From Candidatus Falkowbacteria bacterium (GTDB lineage: Bacteria; Patescibacteriota; Patescibacteriia; UBA11705; JACRDX01), in the NCBI GenBank assembly GCA_043798985.1, contig JAZDOE010000023.1:69626-125264 (forward strand): a stretch of DNA of 55,639 bases. The letters are read 5' to 3'. A program made the position numbers and the translations under genes. Of this stretch, positions 47,241-54,687 are shown one piece after another (positions within the stretch are counted from its first letter, which is position 1; each line of letters begins with the position of its first letter). The notes under the pieces were generated by a model. It was not told the DNA's origin and made no database searches. It saw only the letters and a program-made list of their open reading frames with translations.

Positions 47241-48083
47241 CTAGAGACAGTAGTTGTACACATGGCCGCGATACGGGTCGAACTTGACGTAGCTCGCCGC
47301 CTTGCCGCTGACCATCACCGACGCAGGGGTCTTCGCCGCTCCGATCCACGTGACCTGGCCAGCGGTTTTGCCTGCGTGCTTGCCCACGGTGAGATCGACC
47401 ACGACCTCACAGCCGATCGCGTAGGTGGACAGATAGCCGCTGAAACAGCCATCGCTCCCGATTACGAGATCCTGTGCCGAACCCCACTTGCTTGGGTCGC
47501 TCGAGGTCGCCTCACTCCACGACATCTGTCCGAAGTCTGCCGAAATTTCCGCGGCCGTGAGCGCGTAGCAGGTCTTGACCAGCTTGCCGGTCGTCATCGC
47601 GGCCGGAGTCGGAGTCGTGCCTGTGCCAGTCGGGGTCGTCCCCGGCGTCACCTTGTGGCACTGCCCATCCCCATCGAACTGCGGCGCGCTGCACGCGTAG
47701 CTCTCGTCGATGATCGTACAGGAATCGTAGGACTTCGCCTGCTCTCCCGTGTACGGATCAAACTCGAACACCACGTAGCAGCCCGGAACGCACAGGTTCG
47801 TTGGCGAGCCGAGGTCATCGCTGGCCTGCTTGTTGCTTGCGCAGTACCAGCCCATGCCGAGAGACGCGCAGTCCATGTTCATGTCCGTCTCGTCTGCGTC
47901 ATCCGTGACCACGCCGCACTCGGTCTTGCTCACCATCCCAACGTACGCAGGGGCGTCATCGCCCTCCACGTTCACGACGGTCGGCTCGCGGTCGTCGAAC
48001 ACCGAAACTTCCCGCTCGCACCCGAACACCGCCAGCGCCATCACAACCATCATCGAAACCAGCAAAACGATCGTCTTCTTCAT
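47241..48083 (-). CDS. GC-rich lipoprotein, two domains joined by a Thr/Pro linker
   Basis: GGAGGTG SD; MKKTIVLL...AVFGC; Cys-containing N-domain; TPGTTPTGTGTTPTP linker; ends YNYCL. Confidence 0.85.
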   Translation of the reverse strand: MKKTIVLLVSMMVVMALAVFGCEREVSVFDDREPTVVNVEGDDAPAYVGMVSKTECGVVTDDADETDMNMDCASLGMGWYCASNKQASDDLGSPTNLCVPGCYVVFEFDPYTGEQAKSYDSCTIIDESYACSAPQFDGDGQCHKVTPGTTPTGTGTTPTPAAMTTGKLVKTCYALTAAEISADFGQMSWSEATSSDPSKWGSAQDLVIGSDGCFSGYLSTYAIGCEVVVDLTVGKHAGKTAGQVTWIGAAKTPASVMVSGKAASYVKFDPYRGHVYNYCL

Positions 48084-48223
48084 GGCATCACCTCCAAAAA
48101 GTTAATTGCCAATGTTCACTCTGTCTCGATCCTTGACACCCGTCAAGAACCCAGAAAAGTGGGGAAACCCGTGTTAGCGTTTCCCCGTTTTTGGCCATGC
48201 CCCGTTGGGACACAGCCGTCGCG

Positions 48224-48640
48224 CTACTTGTCGCGGATGTGCACCTCTGTCGTTGTGACCGAATCCACGACATAGTACGTGCAAGCGCCAAGTGCCACAG
48301 CCCCGCCGACGTATAGCGCGTAGTCCCAGAAACCCGCGTCCTTCGTCTCGGGCTGGACACTCTGCAACGGTGCAATCGGAGCTGCCGGCACATAGACGGT
48401 CATCTTGCCGCCATTTTCCATGACCATCTTCCCCTTGCCTGCCGGAGCGACGACCTGCACCACCCCCTTTGGGCAATCCAGCTCGTTCTTGGCGTTATCC
48501 TTGCACGTACAACCCGAGGGAACCTCGAGCAGTCCGCACATGACCACCGCCGTTCCGTTCACCGGAGCCTCCTGCGCCGTCACCACGGTCGCGAACATCA
48601 CTGCCACCGCCATCACAACCAACGCAACGATCTTTCTCAT
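48224..48640 (-). CDS. Small secreted protein with C-terminal hydrophobic helix
   Basis: GGAGGTG SD before ATG 48640; signal peptide ...VVTA|Q; four Cys in the soluble region; FWDYALYVGGAVALGACTYYV. Confidence 0.75.
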   Translation of the reverse strand: MRKIVALVVMAVAVMFATVVTAQEAPVNGTAVVMCGLLEVPSGCTCKDNAKNELDCPKGVVQVVAPAGKGKMVMENGGKMTVYVPAAPIAPLQSVQPETKDAGFWDYALYVGGAVALGACTYYVVDSVTTTEVHIRDK

Positions 48641-48835
48641 CTCACACCTCCAGTTGTCTGTTGTCCAAGTCAAAGATCAAACGCCCAACCTCGATTCACT
48701 TCATTATTGTCAGTATTAGTTCTGAAAAAATTCAGTATGACATTCGTAAATTCGTTGAAATGAATCCAGATTGGGCCCCTGTCAAATGTTACTGACAGGG
48801 TCCCGAGACACGACGATGTCGCGCCTCTTACTGCT

Positions 48836-49489
48836 CTACTGCACCGGAGTCGGTTCCCACCGGATGGTGACCCGTTCCTGCGGCGGTTCGGCCGCGGGCT
48901 GTGCGACCGGTGCCGGTTCAGGCGAAGCCACGACTGGTTCGGGTTGCGCAACCCTCGCCGCGTCCGCGTCTGCCTTCAGCGCCTCGGCCAACTTCTTGGC
49001 CTTCCGCGCCTCCGCCCGCGCCGCCTTGAGCTGCTTCTGCAGGTCAGTGACGACCTCGGCGTCGGCCTTGTCCGCGAGATCCGCCTTCAGCGCCTTGACT
49101 GATCCAGTGAACTCGGTTCGCAGCGTCGCAAGGTCGTTCTTGCTCGCCCTCTTGGTCAGTTCTGCGTCCACGTATTCCGTGTTCGCCTTCTTCGCCAGCT
49201 CCTCGTCCACGTATTCCTCGCCCGCCTTGACCGTCTCGGCCAGAGACTTGAGCTCCTCTGTCCCTGCCTTCCGTGACAGCTCGTCCGTCGTCTTCGCCGC
49301 CAGCTCCTCCAGCGCCGCCTGGTCAGCCTTGCCGACCACCGCGCCTCTGAGCTCCTCCACGCCAGAACGCGTTTCCTCCACTCCGGCCAAGAGCGGCGAA
49401 GCAACCTTGGCGTACCCGAAGTAGCCGCCGACACCGACCAGCACGATCAACACGATCACCCACCAGAACCGACGCAAGAAATTCTTCAT
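48836..49489 (-). CDS. Membrane-anchored coiled-coil protein with KA(D/N/G/S) repeats
   Basis: GGAGGTG SD before ATG 49489; N-terminal TM; repeats such as GKADQAALEEL, KKANTEYVDAEL, DKADAEVV; Pro/Ala-rich tail. Confidence 0.85.
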   Translation of the reverse strand: MKNFLRRFWWVIVLIVLVGVGGYFGYAKVASPLLAGVEETRSGVEELRGAVVGKADQAALEELAAKTTDELSRKAGTEELKSLAETVKAGEEYVDEELAKKANTEYVDAELTKRASKNDLATLRTEFTGSVKALKADLADKADAEVVTDLQKQLKAARAEARKAKKLAEALKADADAARVAQPEPVVASPEPAPVAQPAAEPPQERVTIRWEPTPVQ

Positions 49490-49569
49490 GGCAATCACCT
49501 CCATTGTTTGTTGCCGTTGTCAAAAACCATGGACAGACTTTGGCAATCGCCTAATCTGACCAACAAACC

Positions 49570-49598
49570 ATCTTATCAAATTATTCTGACCCTGTCAA
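49570..49598 (-). promoter_or_regulatory. Sigma70 promoter of the 49489 gene
   Basis: TTGACA(49593-49598)-17-TAAGAT(49570-49575) with extended TG. Confidence 0.7.
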
Positions 49599-49640
49599 GT
49601 ATAGGGCGTCAATAATAGCATTTTAAGGCTTAATTTAAAC

Positions 49641-49665
49641 AAAAAAGCCCCGCCAGCGGCGGGGC
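49641..49665 (-). terminator. Intrinsic terminator after the wzz-like operon
   Basis: gccccgcc-agc-ggcggggc followed by a T tract on the minus strand. Confidence 0.75.
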
Positions 49666-49707
49666 GGCCCTACCAACATTCAAAATTCAAAATTAAAAAT
49701 TCAAAAT

Positions 49708-50310
49708 TTAGCTTCTAACTATCACCCACCCGATTCCAACCAACAACCCCACCAAAATTGACACCAAACCATTTACTAAAAAGTTGGGTCGGTCAATATA
49801 TTTTGTTGCCAATGGCGATTCAATCATTTTCAAATCAATATCCCCGATTCCCACATATTCAGCTGACTGCGTTGACAAAACATACGCAACAGCTTGGCTC
49901 AACTTTAAGGATTGATCACGATCTTTGTGGAAAACATCTATGGACAAAACCGAAGTCGTGCCAACCAAATTCGCGTCAACCATTTTTTGCCATTGCTTGC
50001 GCTTTTGGTTTTCGTCCTTTTTGAAATATTTTTCATCAATACCAAACCCAGCGTTCAAAACTTTTGTGAAAAATGAATTTGAATAAACAACCTGCGCCAG
50101 ATTGCTGCCGATTTTCTCGGCTGATTTAGCGGCGCTGTACGCGTCATAACCAACCACTGCTTTTTGCACCACCAAAAATTTAACATTCGCGCGATACTCA
50201 AACGGCTGCAACAACGTTAAAATTATTCCGAGAACAAATACCAGCAAAACAATCGCGCCGATATTTTTCTTGTGATGCATTACCTGTCTGAAATAATTTG
50301 GTTCAAACAT
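49708..50310 (-). CDS. Wzz/CapA-like polysaccharide chain-length determinant
   Basis: Two TMs flanking an extracellular domain; YRANVKFLV, RPNFLVNGLVSILVGLLVG. Confidence 0.75.
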   Translation of the reverse strand: MFEPNYFRQVMHHKKNIGAIVLLVFVLGIILTLLQPFEYRANVKFLVVQKAVVGYDAYSAAKSAEKIGSNLAQVVYSNSFFTKVLNAGFGIDEKYFKKDENQKRKQWQKMVDANLVGTTSVLSIDVFHKDRDQSLKLSQAVAYVLSTQSAEYVGIGDIDLKMIESPLATKYIDRPNFLVNGLVSILVGLLVGIGWVIVRS

Positions 50311-50316
50311 ACACGT

Positions 50317-50372
50317 AAAATTTTAAATTTTATAATTTTCAATTTTAAATCAATTTTTAATTTTTGAATTTT
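50317..50372. repeat. AT-rich 7-nt-periodic repeat fragment
   Basis: aattttaaattttataattttcaattttaaatcaattttt; related fragments at 49678-49710, 51151-51216 and 55176-55204. Confidence 0.55.
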
Positions 50373-51136
50373 TATGTCCACTGCGCGGTAAAAAGCAACA
50401 GCAACAAACAACCACCTGCAATCAACGCGTGTATCAAAACATTTTTGCGAGTCATCTGCCCTGTCAATTCGGCCTTTGAAATTCCTATCAATAAATAATA
50501 AGCAAACGCCAAAATCGCGGCATTCACATAATAACCGCTTGGCAAAAATCCAAGCCCAACAAATAGCTCAATGGTTATCAAACTAATTATTAGATTGAAC
50601 AAACGACTTTTGCGCCATTCAATTTTCTGATTCCAAAAAATTTCAGAATTGATAACGAACACGCCCACACCCGCGGCGATTACCAATGGCCACGTCGGAA
50701 AATTCAAAAGCACCATGAATCCGTACAATCCGCTCATCAAAAAGAAAAACGAAAGCAATCCAATATAGTACGCGAAATTTTCCAAAGTGTATGGATAGTA
50801 TTTCAACGGATAATAAAAATAAAGAAGCATTTGCTCAAAATAAATCCAAAAAATGGCCGCGACAATTACAGCAAACACATGATAAAACCATGGTTGCGAC
50901 AAAAACACAGCGAACAAAAAACTGGCCAATAAAAAAATGGTTGGTCCTGTAAAAAATTGCAACCACCTGCGACCAAGCTTAGCTTTGCATAAATACCAAG
51001 TCAACAAAAATGTCGCGGCCAACATAACAATCGGCGCGACAAACCAAAACTTGCTGGCATAGCGCATTAACTCAAGCCCCGCGACGTACATGGCCGCGTA
51101 GGCAAACAACAAAATATATTGAAATAACAAACGCAT
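50372..51136 (-). CDS. Multi-pass membrane protein of unknown function
   Basis: About 8 hydrophobic helices; start moved to MRLLF (51136) because the longer start lies in a repeat. Confidence 0.75.
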   Translation of the reverse strand: MRLLFQYILLFAYAAMYVAGLELMRYASKFWFVAPIVMLAATFLLTWYLCKAKLGRRWLQFFTGPTIFLLASFLFAVFLSQPWFYHVFAVIVAAIFWIYFEQMLLYFYYPLKYYPYTLENFAYYIGLLSFFFLMSGLYGFMVLLNFPTWPLVIAAGVGVFVINSEIFWNQKIEWRKSRLFNLIISLITIELFVGLGFLPSGYYVNAAILAFAYYLLIGISKAELTGQMTRKNVLIHALIAGGCLLLLLFTAQWT

Positions 51137-51190
51137 ATTTAAGAAATAACAAATTACAAATATCAAATCAATATCAAAATCCAAAAATTG

Positions 51191-51553
51191 TCATTTGAAA
51201 TTTGATATTTGAAATTCTGCGACAGCGGGCGGTTCGACTTGCCCACGGACAACCCTATCTATCATTGCCACGAGATTCAAATGCGGCGCCCGGTATTCTT
51301 TCGGAACTTTTACTTCAAACAAAACTTGCTGATTATTTTTTAAAAACGCCACCTTGTCTGTTGCCGCGGAATAATCGCTAAAAAATTTGTCCATTTGTTG
51401 TTGATATTCGTTGACCAAAGTCTGCGCGTGTTCAACCGAGCCGGCCAACGTTCCAACCGTTTGCGTTGAAAACCAAAACAGCATTCCGACCGTCATGGTC
51501 ATAAATAAAACAAACGCTGAAAAGGCAATATAAAGACGCACCGGATGTCGCAT
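51191..51553 (-). CDS. Single-TM hypothetical protein
   Basis: 120 aa; last residues EFQISNFK are encoded by the 51151-51216 repeat. Confidence 0.7.
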   Translation of the reverse strand: MRHPVRLYIAFSAFVLFMTMTVGMLFWFSTQTVGTLAGSVEHAQTLVNEYQQQMDKFFSDYSAATDKVAFLKNNQQVLFEVKVPKEYRAPHLNLVAMIDRVVRGQVEPPAVAEFQISNFK

Positions 51554-51566
51554 AAAAATTTAAAAA

Positions 51567-52619
51567 CTAAGCTTCATTGTCCCCGCGAATTTCAGACAAT
51601 GTCCCGCGCTCTGACCAAAGTTCTTGCACAATAACCATCACTGCTGTTGCGACAGGAATGGCTAAAATCACTCCAACCAATCCGCCGATTTGCGCGCCAA
51701 CCAACAACGCGATGATGCTCACAATCGGATTAAGACCAACTGCTTTTTGCATTATCTTTGGAACCAGAATATCATTTTCTATCCTTTGCATTACTATGTA
51801 AAAAAGAATCACGAAAATCGTTTTTCCCGGTGATTGCGCGAAAGTCAAAAGAACAGCGGGGATGGCGGCGATTAGCGGACCAGCATAAGGTATCAGTTCG
51901 CCAAACATTGCCAAAATGGCCAGCAACAATGCGAACTTCACGCCAAAAATAAGCAAACCAACGTAGACCATTATTCCAACAATTAAACAAAGTATGAGTT
52001 GCCCTTTTAGCCAGTCGCCGATTTTTTTCTGGACTTTATTTATCAACTGCACAACAAACGGCTGAAACTTATCAGGAACAAGATAGCGCAACGTCCGCTT
52101 TATCGCGTTTTCTTCCACTGCCATGTAAAAAGTTATTACCAAAACAATGAAAAAAGAAATAACACTGGCCAAAAATCCTTTCGCGGAAGAAAATATGTCG
52201 CTTACCCCGCCGATGATCGTATTCTTAATATTTTCAATACTCGCATTAAAATCTTCCAGCAATCCGTGTTGCGCTGAAAAAGTTTTTATATTGGAAAATA
52301 CATCGGCAATTTTTTCATAATAAATAGGAAAACTGTCGCCAAACATACTCAATTCATTTACAACTGGCGGGATGCCGAAAAAAACGACCAGAAAAACAAC
52401 GGACAGCAACAAAACATAAAATAGCAAAACGCTTACTGATCGTGGAATTTTTTTGTTTTGCAGTTTATCAACCCATGGATCAACTGCTGATGACAAAATT
52501 AGCGCGACAAACAAAATGCCGATTATGCTTTTTATCAAATACAGAAAATAAAACAGCAAAATCACGAGAAAAAACTTCACGATTGACAAAATAGAAATAT
52601 GGACGACATTTTTCTCCAT
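51567..52619 (-). CDS. AI-2E family transporter
   Basis: ILSSAVDPWV, WLKGQLIL, ELIPYAGP, QRIENDILVPKIM, GGLVGVILAIP. Confidence 0.9.
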   Translation of the reverse strand: MEKNVVHISILSIVKFFLVILLFYFLYLIKSIIGILFVALILSSAVDPWVDKLQNKKIPRSVSVLLFYVLLLSVVFLVVFFGIPPVVNELSMFGDSFPIYYEKIADVFSNIKTFSAQHGLLEDFNASIENIKNTIIGGVSDIFSSAKGFLASVISFFIVLVITFYMAVEENAIKRTLRYLVPDKFQPFVVQLINKVQKKIGDWLKGQLILCLIVGIMVYVGLLIFGVKFALLLAILAMFGELIPYAGPLIAAIPAVLLTFAQSPGKTIFVILFYIVMQRIENDILVPKIMQKAVGLNPIVSIIALLVGAQIGGLVGVILAIPVATAVMVIVQELWSERGTLSEIRGDNEA

Positions 52620-52665
52620 AACTTTTTTATTAATTTTTTTGTATATACAATATTATATCACACGG

Positions 52666-52750
52666 CTACAAATCTACAAATCATTCAAATGTTGCTAATC
52701 TGCGAATTGATTTGTAATTGGCAGTATTCGCGGTGATTTGTAATTAGTAG
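52666..52750. repeat. 85-bp repeat, left arm of an inverted pair around smpB-ssrA
   Basis: Reverse complement aligns without gaps to 53797-53881 with 13 mismatches by hand count. Confidence 0.85.
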
Positions 52751-52773
52751 CCCTTATGCTAAAATAACGATAT

Positions 52774-53250
52774 ATGGAAATACTGAATAAATCAGCAACG
52801 TTCAACTACGAAGTCTTGGATAAATACCAAGCTGGTTTAGTTTTGCTCGGCCACGAAGTCAAAGCAATTAAAAACGGCCAAATGTCTTTAAAGGGCAGCT
52901 ACATCGCTATAAAAAATAGTCCGACGCCAGAAGCTTATTTGATAAAATCATCAGTTTCTCTTTATAAAAAAGCAGGACCAATGCCAGATTATAATCCAGA
53001 ACGACCGCGTAAACTGCTACTCACACGGCAAGAAATCAATAAACTGTTCGCTAAACTCAAACAAAAAGACTCCACCTCGGCATGCCGAAGGCGAGACGGG
53101 TTGACATTAATACCTCTTAGCGTGTATAATAAGCACAATCTCATTAAATTGGAATTTGCCTTAGTGTCTCCGAAAAAGAAATTTGACAAAAAAGAATCAA
53201 TAAAGAATCGCGAAATTGATCGGCAAATCCAAAGAGCATTAAAATTTTGA
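52774..53250 (+). CDS. smpB: SsrA-binding protein SmpB
   Basis: NKSATFNY, AGLVLLGHEVKAIK, RPRKLLL, GLTLIPL, KKFDKKESIK. Confidence 0.96.
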   Translation: MEILNKSATFNYEVLDKYQAGLVLLGHEVKAIKNGQMSLKGSYIAIKNSPTPEAYLIKSSVSLYKKAGPMPDYNPERPRKLLLTRQEINKLFAKLKQKDSTSACRRRDGLTLIPLSVYNKHNLIKLEFALVSPKKKFDKKESIKNREIDRQIQRALKF

Positions 53251-53360
53251 AATCCCAATTTTGAATTTTGATTGAATTTTGAAATCTGAATTTTGAAACA
53301 TTCAAACATTCGTGCATTCAACATTGATTCGAAATTCAAAATTCGAATTTCGAAATTTTC
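53245..53360. repeat. AT-rich 7-nt-periodic hairpin repeat between smpB and ssrA
   Basis: aattttgaattttgattgaattttgaa...aacattgattcgaaattcaaaattcgaattt; same subtype as 32325-32440. Confidence 0.8.
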
Positions 53361-53366
53361 CACTAC

Positions 53367-53793
53367 GGGGATGACTGGCTTTGACGAAAAGACCCTTAAC
53401 AACTTGGTCAGGACGAGGCGAGCTAACCTCGAAAAAATGGCTCAAATCAACAAGTGCAAACAAACTTGTAAACAATGTTCGGTCATTGTTCGCAATGCCG
53501 ACATTTGTATCTGCTGTCGCTTAAATATATCCGACGGCCATCGGCCCGCTTTTGCTCGCAATTCAATCTTATTGAATGAAGCGTACACCTGCCTACAGGC
53601 AGGCAAGCCGGTGCCATTTCGCGAGATAGGTTATAAAAATTTCCCTACTTTATAACTGAAACAAAACAGGGATAGGTTTCGCGGTTTTCTGCTTGTCTCA
53701 AACCCGCGTCACCAAATTTTGAGACAAGCTATTCCTGTATAACCAATTTGCTAAACTTTTTGGACGCGGGTTCGATTCCCGCCATCTCCACCA
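53367..53793 (+). ncRNA. ssrA: tmRNA
   Basis: Acceptor stem GGGGATG/CATCTCC with G3-U wobble, T arm GCGGG-TTCGATT-CCCGC, 3' ACCA; tag ORF 53456-53524; follows smpB. Confidence 0.95.
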
Positions 53794-53796
53794 CTG

Positions 53797-53881
53797 CTAC
53801 TAATTACAAATCACTACGAATACTACCAATTACAAATTAATTCGCAGATACGTAGCATTCGAATGATTCGCAGGTTTGTAA
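53797..53881. repeat. 85-bp repeat, right arm of the inverted pair
   Basis: Begins 3 nt after the tmRNA CCA; inverted copy of 52666-52750. Confidence 0.85.
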
Positions 53882-53885
53882 CCGT

Positions 53886-54470
53886 ATGAGAAAATCTTAC
53901 AAATTCGGAAAACGAAAGCGAAACGAACCGGAAATAAAATATCGCGGTAATTTGCAAATTATTGCGCCAATACTTTTTGTCATTGATGAAACGGGCGCGT
54001 CTCTTGGACAAATGCCAACGCGGCAAGCGTTAACAATTGCCGACGAGCGAGGCTATGATTTGGTAGAAGTATCACCAAACGCGCAGCCGCCGGTGGCAAA
54101 ACTTTTAAACCTTGGCAGTTTTCAATATCACCAAACAAAACTTGCCAAGCAGCAAAAGAAAAACCAAAAATCCACAGAAACAAAAGGAATTCGTCTGTCT
54201 ATGAAAATCGCGCAAGGCGACATGGAAACAAAAGTGCGACAAGCTGAAAAATTCCTAGAAAAAGGAAACAAAGCGAAAATAGAACTAATCATGCGTGGCC
54301 GAGAATTACAAAAAATTGATCTGGGCAAAGAGATAATGAAAAAATTTTTGGCGCAGTTGCAAGTTCCATACAGCGTGGAGCAAGAAACAAGCAAACAAGG
54401 AAATAAATTATTTATAATAATCATGCCGAAATCCCTACCCGCGGGGCAGGCAGGAGCAGATGACAATTAA
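53886..54470 (+). CDS. infC: Translation initiation factor IF-3
   Basis: YDLVEVSPNAQPPVAKL, KGIRL, GNKAKI..MRGRE; upstream of rpmI-rplT. Confidence 0.95.
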   Translation: MRKSYKFGKRKRNEPEIKYRGNLQIIAPILFVIDETGASLGQMPTRQALTIADERGYDLVEVSPNAQPPVAKLLNLGSFQYHQTKLAKQQKKNQKSTETKGIRLSMKIAQGDMETKVRQAEKFLEKGNKAKIELIMRGRELQKIDLGKEIMKKFLAQLQVPYSVEQETSKQGNKLFIIIMPKSLPAGQAGADDN

Positions 54471-54475
54471 ACTTT

Positions 54476-54676
54476 ATGCCAAAGATGAAAACAATAAAAA
54501 CAGTATCAAAGCGATTTAAAATAACAAAGAGCGGCAAGATCATGAAAAAAACTTGCGGCCAAGATCATTTTAATGCGCGAGAGTCAGGTAATGTCACTCG
54601 ATCAAAACGTCGGATGTTTGAACAAAGCGGAGCTATGACAAAAGCATTGAACGTGGGAATGCCATACAAAAAATAA
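54476..54676 (+). CDS. rpmI: 50S ribosomal protein L35
   Basis: [20 protein letters not shown]. Confidence 0.95.
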   Translation: MPKMKTIKTVSKRFKITKSGKIMKKTCGQDHFNARESGNVTRSKRRMFEQSGAMTKALNVGMPYKK

Positions 54677-54687
54677 TTTTATACAAT

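Larger units (their letters stand above)
40996..49600 (-). other. Compositionally atypical island of five GC-rich surface-protein genes, no mobility gene seen
   Basis: Hand counts 33/60 (line 44401) and 36/60 (line 49081) G+C versus 20/60 (17281) and 14/60 (38641); AAG/GAG/TTC-type codons; SD before every gene. Confidence 0.75.

Noticed and set aside
40996-49600. Prophage
   Set aside because: No capsid, terminase, integrase, lysis or replication genes; all five products look like membrane or surface proteins.
53293-53655. 120-aa ORF
   Set aside because: Overlaps a repeat and tmRNA, in a different frame from the tag.
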